A stretch of 64,000 nt of DNA from Dehalococcoidia bacterium. Its GTDB lineage: Bacteria; Chloroflexota; Dehalococcoidia; UBA2979. The stretch covers positions 288,539 through 352,538 of the forward strand of contig CBDFIB010000004.1 in assembly GCA_965247925.1 (NCBI GenBank), given 5' to 3'. The position numbers were made by a program, and so were the translations under genes. A model generated the notes under the pieces. That model made no database searches, was not told the origin of the DNA, and saw nothing but the letters and a program-made list of their open reading frames with translations. Of this stretch, positions 49,523 to 58,270 are shown piece by piece (within the stretch, counting starts at the first letter, position 1; each line of letters starts with the position of its first letter).

Positions 49523-49924
49523 GTGCCGGAGCAGAACGCCAACGGATCGGTCCCGCTGGACGTCGTGCGCCAGGTCGTGCGCGAGGAGATCGCGCCCCTC
49601 GCTCGGGATGTCACGCAACTGCGCGGCGAGTTCACGGAGCTGCGCGGCGAGTTCACGGAGCTGCGCGGCGAGTTCACGGAGCTGCGCGAGGAGGTGCGTG
49701 GGGACATCACGCAACTGCGCGGCGAGTTCACGGAGCTGCGCGGGGAGTTCACGGAACTGCGCGGGGACGTCACCGAACTGCGCGGGAACTACACGCAACT
49801 GCGCGAGGACGTGGCTCAACTGGCTGAAGGCCAGAAGGTGCTCCTTGAAGACATGGCCGAGGTCAAGCAGGCCGTCCGCGGACACGAGGCCAGAATCACC
49901 ACCCTCGAACGAGGCCAGGTGTAA
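49523..49924 (+). CDS. small coiled-coil protein with a 7-residue repeat (LRGEFTE) encoded by a 21-bp tandem DNA repeat
   Basis: GTG start 4 nt after a GGGAGGG ribosome-binding site. ...TQLRGEFTELRGEFTELRGEFTELREEVRGDITQLRGEFTELRGEFTELRGDVTELRGNYTQLREDVAQLAEGQ... Confidence 0.5.
   Translation: MPEQNANGSVPLDVVRQVVREEIAPLARDVTQLRGEFTELRGEFTELRGEFTELREEVRGDITQLRGEFTELRGEFTELRGDVTELRGNYTQLREDVAQLAEGQKVLLEDMAEVKQAVRGHEARITTLERGQV
49624..49810 (+). repeat. tandem 21-bp repeat, about 9 units (CACGGAGCTGCGCGGCGAGTT and variants)
   Basis: Directly visible as consecutive gagttcacggagctgcgcggc units. Lies within the ORF above. Confidence 0.85.
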
Positions 49925-49963
49925 GCCGCACCACAGATCACTCCGCCGACACAACCGCGAGGC

Positions 49964-50374
49964 CTACTCCGGCGCCCTCGGATCGACGTAGTTGAGGCGG
50001 TGGGCGAACTTCCAGCCCTCGGCGGTGCGCACGTAGACATCGTCGTACCAGCCGGTGGCGAGGATGCGCGCGCGCGAGACGCCGGTCGTCGCGATCGTCA
50101 CCAGGAACATCGCCTTGCCGCGCACGCTGCCGTCCTCGGACGGGTCCTGCAGGCGGATGTTGGAGACCAGGTGCCGGCGTGGCGTCGGTTCCTCGACCCA
50201 GCGGTTGCGCACCAGCTCGCGGATCGCCTCGCGGCCCTGCACCTCGCTGCCGGCGCGGCCGAAGACGGCGTCCTCGCTGAACAGCGCCGCGAAGGCGTCG
50301 TAGTCGCCGCTGTCGAAGGTGTAGCAGTAGTCCGTGATCAGATCGTGGATCGCCAGCCGGTCCGCGGGGTCCAT
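49964..50374 (-). CDS. SnoaL-like / NTF2-fold protein
   Basis: 136 aa, HDLITDYCYTFDSGDYDAFAALFSEDAVF. Confidence 0.75.
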   Translation of the reverse strand: MDPADRLAIHDLITDYCYTFDSGDYDAFAALFSEDAVFGRAGSEVQGREAIRELVRNRWVEEPTPRRHLVSNIRLQDPSEDGSVRGKAMFLVTIATTGVSRARILATGWYDDVYVRTAEGWKFAHRLNYVDPRAPE

Positions 50375-50517
50375 CGTCGCCTCCGATCGCAGCCGCCTCC
50401 GTTCGCGGCCCGCGCGCGGGACATGCTACCGGCCTCGCGGGTGGGTGACGGGTGGTCAGGCGCGCCTCGCGGGCTGTAACCTTGGAGTTCATCACGGGTC
50501 TGGAGAGGAGGCGAGCG

Positions 50518-51643
50518 ATGTCGATTCGCGGGAAAGCGGCGATCGTCGGGTTCCATGAGATCCCGACGCTGCGCCAGTACGGCGAGCGCAGCACCCACGG
50601 CCTGCTCGCCGAAGTTGCTCGCGGCGCGATCCGCGACGCCGGGTTGCGCATCGAGGACATCGACGGCCTGATCACGCGCGAGGACTCCAACTCGCTCGAG
50701 GTCTGCGAGGCGCTGGGTATCACGCCCCGCTACACCTCCTCGATGACGGTGCACGGGGCCAGCGGCGCCGCCTCCGTTCTGACGGCGGCCATGGCCGTCG
50801 CCTCTGGCGTCGCAACCAACGTGCTCTGCATGCTCGGCCAGTCGCGGCCGGCGAGCGCCACGCGGCTGGAGGCCGGAGCGGGCGCGCGCGGCGGCGGCGG
50901 CCCCGCCAACACTCCTCACCGAGTGGGAGGCGCCCTTCGGCACCGTGATCGCCGCCAACGGCGGCTACGGCATGATCAAGGCGCGCCACATGCACGAGTT
51001 CGGCACCACACAGTAGCAGTTCGCGAAGTGCGCCGTCGACCAGCGCTTCAACGCGCTGCAGAACGAGAACGGGCTCTGGAAGGAGCCGATCACGATCGAC
51101 GATGTGGTCAACTCGCGCTACGTCAACGATCCGCTGCACCTGCTGGAGTGCGTGATGCCCTGCTCCGGCGCGAACGCGGTGATCGTCACCACCGCGGAGC
51201 GCGCCGCCGCGCTGCCGAACCCACCCGTCTACATCCTCGGCGTGGGTGGGCCGGCGACGAGCCACAGCGTGGTCTGGCAGAACGACAACGTCACCACCAC
51301 CCCGGTGGTCCAGTCCGCGCCCACGGCGCTGCAGATGGCGCAGTACAGCGCGAGCGACATGGAGTTCGCGCAGTTCTACGACTGCTACACGATCCTCGCG
51401 ATGATGTGCCTGGAGGACGCCGGGATCTGCCCGAAGGGCGAGATCGGGCCATTCTACGAGAGCACGGACACCACCTACGAGGGCGAGTTCCCGATCAACA
51501 CCGACGGCGGCCAGATCTCGGCCGGCCAGCCCGGCGGCGGCGCCGGCGGCTTCCGCCACGTGGTGGAGGCGACCCGCCAGATCATGGGGCGCGCCGGGGT
51601 GAGGCAGGTGAAGAAGGACGATCTCTGCCTTGTCAATGGCTGA
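50518..51643 (+). pseudogene. SCP-x-type thiolase gene with a frameshift (near 50880-50915) and an in-frame TAG at 51014
   Basis: N-terminal part MSIRGKAAIVGFHEIPTLRQYG... in frame 1. The continuation TEWEAPFGTVIAANGGYGMIKARHMHEFGTTQ*QFAKCAVDQRF...VNDPLHLLECVMPCSGANAVIV... is in frame 2. Confidence 0.7.
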
Positions 51644-51733
51644 GGCGGCACCGGCAGCGTCATGACGACGCTGGTGCTCGGTTCGGGCGCCACCCTCTAA
51701 CCCACGAAGCAAGCGAGAACACCGAGGTCCACG

Positions 51734-52153
51734 ATGGCCGAATACACCAAGCCCCTCCCGCGACAAGCCGACCCGGCGCTGACGCAGCCCTTCTGGGATG
51801 CGGCCAAGCGCCACGAGTTGATCATCCCGCGCTGCCTCCAGTGCGGTCGCCACTTCTGGTACCCGCGGCAGGCGTGCCCGCACTGCCTCAGCCCGGACTG
51901 GGAGTGGACGAAGGCGAGCGGCCACGGCCGCCTGCACACCTACACGATCGTGCGCCAGCCCCAGAACCCCGCCTTCAACGACGACGTCCCCTACGCCTAC
52001 GCGATGGTGCAGCTCGACGAGGGCGTCCGCATGATCTCCAACCTCGTCGACGTCGAGGTTCCCGACGGGGTGAAGATCGACATGGAGCTCGAGGTGACCT
52101 GGGACGACGTCACCGAAGAGTGGACGCTGCCGCGCTTCCGTCCCGCGGAGTAG
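51734..52153 (+). CDS. DUF35 zinc-ribbon / OB-fold protein (usual partner of SCP-x thiolases)
   Basis: CLQCGRHFWYPRQACPHCLS zinc ribbon followed by an OB-fold region. Confidence 0.85.
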   Translation: MAEYTKPLPRQADPALTQPFWDAAKRHELIIPRCLQCGRHFWYPRQACPHCLSPDWEWTKASGHGRLHTYTIVRQPQNPAFNDDVPYAYAMVQLDEGVRMISNLVDVEVPDGVKIDMELEVTWDDVTEEWTLPRFRPAE

Positions 52154-52167
52154 CGCCGCGGGAGCGC

Positions 52168-52584
52168 TCAGCGCTGCGAAGCGCCTCGCTCCAGCAGCGC
52201 CAGCGCGGCCTCGACGGCGCGGCTGGCGTAGGCGACGTACTCGGCAGAGCTGAGGTCGTCGAGGGGGACGCGCAACTCGGAGCGCGCGGTCGCCGGGTCG
52301 TCGGTGTCGAGCTGGTCCGCCTCGAAGCCGATGCGCAGCTCGTAGAGCCCGCCGTCTTCGCCGAGCACGACGCAGCCGGGGGCGTCCTCGGCCTGGCCGG
52401 CGCCAGACGGCGGTTCGACCTCGATGCCGTAGGAGAAGAACGAGCCCGGGTACTCCGGGAACGGATCGAACGAGCCGGCGATCTCGCGCAGCAACTCGCG
52501 GTACTCCCGCGCGGCCTGCTCCATGATCGCGTCGGCGTGCGCGCGGAAACGCAGCGTCCCGCCGCCCGTAGCCTGCCCGCTCAT
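52168..52584 (-). CDS. hypothetical protein
   Basis: Coding-like ORF immediately downstream of the FBP aldolase/phosphatase gene. Start taken at the internal MSGQATGG. Confidence 0.45.
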   Translation of the reverse strand: MSGQATGGGTLRFRAHADAIMEQAAREYRELLREIAGSFDPFPEYPGSFFSYGIEVEPPSGAGQAEDAPGCVVLGEDGGLYELRIGFEADQLDTDDPATARSELRVPLDDLSSAEYVAYASRAVEAALALLERGASQR

Positions 52585-52609
52585 CGCCCGCCCGCGCGCT
52601 CCCGGACCG

Positions 52610-53707
52610 CTAGTCGATATCCTCCCAGCGGTCACGGAGCATGGCGGCGACGGCCGGCATCGTCGTGTACTCCATCTCGTCGAGCGGCAGGCGGTGCGGC
52701 TCGAACGGGCCGTGCTTACGCAGGTAGTCGCTGACCCGGTTCGCCTCGTCGCGCGCGTTGTCGTACGAGGGGTCGTCGAAGAGGTCGCGCGGGCCGATCA
52801 GCTTGCCGTCCGCGAGTTGGAAGCCGAGCGCGACAAGCCGCGGCGGGCCGTCGAAGCGCGCCGGATGGGCCTGCTCCACCGAGGTCGGCATCCACGGGCC
52901 GTAGTGCGAGCCGCGCATGAAGCCCTCGACGGTCCAGGCGGTCGTGAAGGGCTCGATCACCTCGCCGACGGCGGGGAAGTTCCCCTGGCAGCGCACGATT
53001 GCAGTCGGGTCGTCCTTGCCGACGTAGCGGCCGGCGATCAGCGAGAGCTTGTCCGTGGAGGAGACGGCGGCGACCTCGCCGGTGCTGCGGGTGCGCACGC
53101 GCTTCACGGCGAAGTGGGCGGGCGATCCGATGAACACGAGCAGGTCATACAGGTCATCCGGGCAGTCGAACTCGATGCGCTTGTGTTCCTTGAGATCGTG
53201 GACCTCGAAGCTGAAGCCCTGGTGCAGGGACTCGGCGATGACGAGGCCGGCGGTGTTGAAGGGGTCCGCGAACATCTTGTAGAAGGGCAGGTTGAACGAG
53301 CCCGACGAGGTCTTGTCGCCCATGAACACGATCACCGGCTCGGACGGGCGCTCCTCGAGCTCCAGCTCCGCCGAGCCGGGGCCCGCGCCGCGGATGTTGC
53401 CGGAGAAGGCGTCGACGAGGATGTCCTGGCCCGCGCCGTAGAGGTGCAGCTTCAGCGCCACCTCCGTGCCGATCTGGAAGGTGTCCCAGGCGAGGCGGTG
53501 GATCGCCTCGTCGTTCTCGCCGCGGTCGTGCGACATCACGAGGAACAGGTCGTCGCCGCAGGCGTGGGCCTGAGCGTCGATCAGCAGCCCCGACTGCACG
53601 GCCTGCGCGAGCGATTCGCGCCCCGCGTCGAGCAGTTCCGGGTGCATCGCGGAGTGGCCGACGTAGCCGCCGACATCCGCCTTGATCACGCTGAGGGTTT
53701 GGGGCAT
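52610..53707 (-). CDS. bifunctional fructose-1,6-bisphosphate aldolase/phosphatase (class V FBPase)
   Basis: MPQTLSVIKADVGGYVGHSAMHPELL... matches the conserved N-terminus of this family. Confidence 0.85.
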   Translation of the reverse strand: MPQTLSVIKADVGGYVGHSAMHPELLDAGRESLAQAVQSGLLIDAQAHACGDDLFLVMSHDRGENDEAIHRLAWDTFQIGTEVALKLHLYGAGQDILVDAFSGNIRGAGPGSAELELEERPSEPVIVFMGDKTSSGSFNLPFYKMFADPFNTAGLVIAESLHQGFSFEVHDLKEHKRIEFDCPDDLYDLLVFIGSPAHFAVKRVRTRSTGEVAAVSSTDKLSLIAGRYVGKDDPTAIVRCQGNFPAVGEVIEPFTTAWTVEGFMRGSHYGPWMPTSVEQAHPARFDGPPRLVALGFQLADGKLIGPRDLFDDPSYDNARDEANRVSDYLRKHGPFEPHRLPLDEMEYTTMPAVAAMLRDRWEDID

Positions 53708-53846
53708 GGCGTCATCCTTCGTCTCGCTCGTGCGGGCGAATCTGTCTGTACCGCCCGGCCTCGGTTGGGTGTGCCACGCCGCGGCCGACCGCGACGCTCC
53801 GCTGTCTGTCCGATTCTACACGACGGATGCAGCCCGCCCTCCGCCG

Positions 53847-54563
53847 TCACTTCCCGAAGCGCTCCTGCAGCACCGCCCGCACGCGCCGCGCGAGTGGCTC
53901 CGTCAGCGCCCACAGCTCGCCAGACGGGCGCGCGGCGTCGAGGAAGGCGTCGAGCGCGGCAATCGTCTCCAGGCCGCGGGTGCGCTCGTGCTCCTCGTTC
54001 GCGGCGCGGAAGCCCTGCAGCTTGCGCGGGCCCTCGCGGCCGCCCTCGGAGATGTACCAGTCGCGGAAGGCGACTCCACAGCCGAGATCGAAGAGCAGGG
54101 CACCGAGCGGTGTGGCGACGGGCGGCACGCGCGCCGCCAGCGCGCGCGCGGTGCTGGTCCGCGGACGCGAGTCATACTCGGCCATCAGGTGCCCGCCCGT
54201 CGGGACCAGCCCGGCGAGCTGCCCGAACAGCGCACGCTCGACCTCGGGCGAGACCGGCTGCACACCCCCGCCCGCGAGCGGCGGCGCGTCGGTGTAGTCC
54301 AGCACCTCGACCCAGTTGAAGCCCGGCCACGGCCCGGAGTTCTGCAGCCCGAAGATCACCGGCACCGCCGTGTGTCCCTCCGGCCCGTCGAGGCCGCAGC
54401 GGAAGTAGGTGGAGCCGACGGCGCTGCGCGGGCCGAGCAGGACAGTCAGCCGCAGCCCGCCGCCCAGCGAGGCGCCGTCGATGGCCGCCAGTAGGTGATC
54501 GGGACGCTCGGACGCCGGCTGCCAGCGCCCGTCGCCGGCCTCGCCCCGGGGTGTCGTCGTCAT
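53847..54563 (-). CDS. hypothetical protein
   Basis: 238-aa ORF with coding-like composition and no confident motif. Confidence 0.45.
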   Translation of the reverse strand: MTTTPRGEAGDGRWQPASERPDHLLAAIDGASLGGGLRLTVLLGPRSAVGSTYFRCGLDGPEGHTAVPVIFGLQNSGPWPGFNWVEVLDYTDAPPLAGGGVQPVSPEVERALFGQLAGLVPTGGHLMAEYDSRPRTSTARALAARVPPVATPLGALLFDLGCGVAFRDWYISEGGREGPRKLQGFRAANEEHERTRGLETIAALDAFLDAARPSGELWALTEPLARRVRAVLQERFGK

Positions 54564-54626
54564 GCCCGGACGCTAGCACGCGCGGTTGGAGTCGGGCGAG
54601 CCGGGAGGCCGTGGATCTCCCGTCGG

Positions 54627-55031
54627 CTACCAAACGGTCTCGATCTGAGGCGAATCGGACAGCACCGCGTCACGCGTCACCACGGGCGCCTGGCGGACCA
54701 TCGCCTCGGCCGCGATGAGGCGGTCGTGCATCTCGGGAACCTCGTGGATGTGATCGAGCCTCTCAAGTTGCGCTCTGCCGAGATCGGAGAGCTCGACCCC
54801 ATCGACGGCGGCCAACGTGTCCAGCAGGACGGCCGGAGCGATCGGTTGCCCAAGCTTGACGGACACGAAGTAGCACTCAGCCACGGTGATGGCCGGGATG
54901 ATCAGAATCGCATTCCCGGTCTCGGCCAGCCGGAACACGGCGGACGCAGCCGCAGTGAGCCGTCGCGATGACGTGAGGTACCACCATAGTGCGTGGGTAT
55001 CGACCACGAACCTGGCGGGGCTATCCCTCAA
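54627..55031 (-). CDS. vapC: PIN-domain toxin VapC
   Basis: FVVDTHALWWYL...ILIIPAITVAECY...VVTRDAV. Confidence 0.85.
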   Translation of the reverse strand: MRDSPARFVVDTHALWWYLTSSRRLTAAASAVFRLAETGNAILIIPAITVAECYFVSVKLGQPIAPAVLLDTLAAVDGVELSDLGRAQLERLDHIHEVPEMHDRLIAAEAMVRQAPVVTRDAVLSDSPQIETVW

Positions 55032-55299
55032 TGTCGCGCGCCGTTCCGTCAGCCTCCGGCATCCGTGGTCCCCAGATCGCCTTGATCTCCACGAAGTCCT
55101 CGTACTCCGCGTCGGGCAGGTGCGCGAATGCGTCCCTGAGCGTCCGGAGCGATGGCTTCTCCTCGGCGGGACTCTGCACGGGCGTGAGCCTGCCGCAGGG
55201 CTTCCCGCGACGAGTGATGATCACCTCTTCGCCATCATCCAGGTTCCTGAGGATCTTGCTGAGCCCGGCCTTGAGTTCCCTGATGTTGTACGTAGTCAT
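55021..55299 (-). CDS. Phd/YefM-family antitoxin
   Basis: MTTYNIRELKAGLSKILRNLDDGEEVIITRRGKPCGRLTPV. Confidence 0.8.
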   Translation of the reverse strand: MTTYNIRELKAGLSKILRNLDDGEEVIITRRGKPCGRLTPVQSPAEEKPSLRTLRDAFAHLPDAEYEDFVEIKAIWGPRMPEADGTARDIEG

Positions 55300-55415
55300 C
55301 GTGCGTCGCTCCTTGTGGTCACCAATTCCGACTCACGGTGACCCTATCATACGCCAGAGGTGTACACCTGATAACCCTGGTCCGCCGCAAGCGGGCCACG
55401 GGCTATCCTCGCACC

Positions 55416-56792
55416 ATGAGCGCAAGCGGGCCCACCGACCTCCCGGACGCAGCCGTCCTCGCGGCCTACGCCGAGGCCGTGCGCGGCCTGCTCGCCCGCG
55501 GCGGCTACGAGCGCAGCGGCGACCCGCAGGAGGCGAAGCGCTTCCGCCTCAGCCACATCGAGGCGTTCCTCGAGGCCGCGAGCCGGCCGGACCGGCGGCG
55601 CACCGTGCACATCGCCGGGTCCAAGGGCAAGGGCTCGACCGCCGCGATGGTCGAGGCGCAGCTGCGCGCGGCCGGCGCGCACACGCTGCTGCTGACCTCG
55701 CCCGATCTCCACCAGGCGCGCGAGCGCGTGCGCATCGCCGGCGATCCGCTCGGCCACGCCGCCTTCGCCCGCCTCGCCGGCGCGCTGCTCGACGACGAGG
55801 CGACCGAGGGCTGGTCCTACTTCGAGCTGCTGACCGTGCTCGGCTGGCTCGCGGGCGCCGAGGCCGGCTGTGACTGGCAGGTGCTCGAAGTCGGCCTCGG
55901 CGGACGGCTCGACACGACCAACGTCATCGACGCCTCGAAGGAGGTCGCGGTGATCACGCCGATCGACCTCGAGCACACGGCGATCCTCGGCGACACGATC
56001 GGGCAGATCGCCGCGGAGAAGGCGGCGATCATCCGCGCGCCGGGCTCGGCGATCGCCGCGCCGCTGCGCGAACGCGCGCTCGACGTGGTGCGCGCCCGTT
56101 CTTCCGAGGTGGGGGCGACACTGCACGAGGTCGCCGCGGAGTGCGCGCTGCGGGTGACCTCGCAGAGCCTCGATGGACAGGTGCTGGATCTGCGCACGCC
56201 GTTGCGCACGTACCGGCGGCTGCGGCTCCCGCTGATCGGCCGCCACCAGGCGGAGAACGCCGCCACCGCCGTGCGTGCCGCGGAGCTGGCGTGGGACGCC
56301 GCGGGCGCGGTGCTGCCCGAGGCCGCCGTCCGCGACGGGCTCGCCTCGGTGCGCTGGGACGGGCGCTTCGAGGTGCTGCGCCTGCGCCCGCTGCTGGTGC
56401 TCGACGCGCTGCACACGCCGCTCGCGGCGCGGCGCTTCCGCGAGACGGTCGCGGCACTGCCGCTGCCCCAGCCGCGGGTGCTGGTGGTCGGCCTGCTCGC
56501 CGGCCGCGACCTGCCGCAACTGGCCGCGCCGCTGCTCGAAGGCGGGGAAACCGTGATCGTCGCGCCGCCATCCTCGGAGCGCGCTGCCGATCCGGCGGAG
56601 GTCGCGGCTGCGTTCGCCGAGGCCGGCGCGGTCGTGCAGCAGCAGCCGAACATCGCGGCCGCCCTCGAGCTGGCGCGCGTGCTGGCGAGCGAGCGTGGCG
56701 CCGTCTTCGTCGTCGGCAGCCTCTACACCGTCTCCGAGGCGCGCGAGTTGCTGCTCGGTGTGAGTGGGGATCGCGCGCTCGGGCTGCGCTGA
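55416..56792 (+). CDS. folC: folylpolyglutamate synthase / dihydrofolate synthase
   Basis: VHIAGSKGKGST P-loop, Mur-ligase-like middle and C-terminal domains. Confidence 0.8.
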   Translation: MSASGPTDLPDAAVLAAYAEAVRGLLARGGYERSGDPQEAKRFRLSHIEAFLEAASRPDRRRTVHIAGSKGKGSTAAMVEAQLRAAGAHTLLLTSPDLHQARERVRIAGDPLGHAAFARLAGALLDDEATEGWSYFELLTVLGWLAGAEAGCDWQVLEVGLGGRLDTTNVIDASKEVAVITPIDLEHTAILGDTIGQIAAEKAAIIRAPGSAIAAPLRERALDVVRARSSEVGATLHEVAAECALRVTSQSLDGQVLDLRTPLRTYRRLRLPLIGRHQAENAATAVRAAELAWDAAGAVLPEAAVRDGLASVRWDGRFEVLRLRPLLVLDALHTPLAARRFRETVAALPLPQPRVLVVGLLAGRDLPQLAAPLLEGGETVIVAPPSSERAADPAEVAAAFAEAGAVVQQQPNIAAALELARVLASERGAVFVVGSLYTVSEARELLLGVSGDRALGLR

Positions 56793-56875
56793 CCCGCCAC
56801 GGGCGGTGCGCGGCCCGTACCGATCGCCTGCGCTAGACTGTGACTCAGCAACCGTTGACGCCAGGCGGGGGCAAG

Positions 56876-58138
56876 ATGACGCACCACAGCGACAGGGACC
56901 GCCGCGTAGTCGTAACCGGGATGGGCGTGATCTCGCCGCTCGGCAACACCGTCGACGAGATGTGGGCACGCGCCCTCAACTGCGAGTCCGGCATCGGCGA
57001 GCTGACGGCGATCGATCCCTCAGCCTACCCCTGCAAGGTCGCCGGTCAGGTCGAAGACTTCGAACCCAACGACTGGATGGAGCGCAGGGAAGCGCGCCGC
57101 ATGGCACGCTTCTCCCAGTTCGCGATCGCCGCGGGCAAGCAGGCGGTCAAGGACTCCTGTCTCAACCTCGATGCGATCGACCGCGACCGCGCCGGGGCCG
57201 TGCTCGGTACCGGCGGCGGCAGCCTCCCGCACAGCGACCAGGCGATGCGCACGATCCTCGGCCGCGGCGGGCACCGCCTCGACCCGCTCTACATGGCGAA
57301 GATGCTGCCGAACATGGCCACGGGGAACCTCACCATCCAGCTCGGCCTGCTCGGCTACACCAACACCGTCACCACCGCCTGCGCCGCCGCCACGCAGGCG
57401 ATCGGCGACGCCGCCGAGGTGATCCGCCGCGGCGACGCCGACGTGATGCTGGCCGGGGGCACGGAGGCCGGGATCTCAGAACTCGGCCTCGCCGGGTTCT
57501 GCGCGATGCGCGCCCTCACCACCTCCTACAACGACCGCCCCGGCGAGTCCTCGCGCCCCTTCGACCGCGACCGCGACGGCTTCGCACCCTCCGAGGGCGC
57601 GGCGCTGCTGGTGCTCGAGGACCTGGGACACGCCCGCGCCCGTGGCGCGCAACCGCTCGCCGAGCTGATCGGCTACGGCGTCACCGCCGACGCACAGTTC
57701 CTCGTCGCCCCGCCCGGGGACGGCCGTGGCGCCGCGCGCGCGATCCGTGTCGCCCTCGATTCCGCCGGTATCGAGCCCGGGGAGATCGACTACATCTCCG
57801 CGCACGCGACGGCGACCGAGGTCGGCGACATCGCCGAGACGAGGGCGATCCGCTCGGTCTTCGGCAAAGACGCAGACCGCATCCCGGTGAGCGCCTTCAA
57901 GTCCCAGGTCGGCCACCTGCTCGGCGCCGCCGGCGGCGTCGAGACGATCGCCGCCATCCAGACGCTGCGCACCTCGCAGATCGCCCCCACCATCAACCTC
58001 GAGCACCCCGACCCCGAGTGCGACCTCGACTACGTTCCGCTCAAGCCGCGCAGCGCCGACGTGCGCACCGTCGCGAAGAACTCGTTCGGCTTCGGCGGCC
58101 AGAACGCCGTCCTCATCCTGCGCCGCTTCGAGGACTGA
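56876..58138 (+). CDS. fabF: 3-oxoacyl-ACP synthase II
   Basis: RRVVVTGMGVISPLGN..., active-site Cys region TVTTACAAATQAIGDA, His-His motifs (ISAHATAT, VGHLLGAAG). Confidence 0.9.
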   Translation: MTHHSDRDRRVVVTGMGVISPLGNTVDEMWARALNCESGIGELTAIDPSAYPCKVAGQVEDFEPNDWMERREARRMARFSQFAIAAGKQAVKDSCLNLDAIDRDRAGAVLGTGGGSLPHSDQAMRTILGRGGHRLDPLYMAKMLPNMATGNLTIQLGLLGYTNTVTTACAAATQAIGDAAEVIRRGDADVMLAGGTEAGISELGLAGFCAMRALTTSYNDRPGESSRPFDRDRDGFAPSEGAALLVLEDLGHARARGAQPLAELIGYGVTADAQFLVAPPGDGRGAARAIRVALDSAGIEPGEIDYISAHATATEVGDIAETRAIRSVFGKDADRIPVSAFKSQVGHLLGAAGGVETIAAIQTLRTSQIAPTINLEHPDPECDLDYVPLKPRSADVRTVAKNSFGFGGQNAVLILRRFED

Positions 58139-58270
58139 CCCGCCCCGCGCCCCGCTCCGCTCGCCGCGCCACTGTTATCATGAGCACGGCGGGGCGCGAC
58201 TGGCGCCCCGTCGGCGTGCGCGGCGAATGATCGCCACTCTCCCCACGGATCAGGCCAGCGGATCGGACCA

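Noticed and set aside
49624-49810. Possible CRISPR array suggested by regularly spaced direct repeats
   Set aside because: The 21-bp units are contiguous with no spacers. They are in frame within an ORF and encode a heptad repeat. No cas genes are nearby.
50452-52734. 760-aa plus-strand ORF
   Set aside because: Only its first ~130 codons, from the ATG at 50518, match thiolase. The rest is an off-frame run through the thiolase 3' part, the DUF35 gene, and the antisense of 52168..52584.
55347-56969. 540-aa minus-strand ORF
   Set aside because: Antisense to folC.
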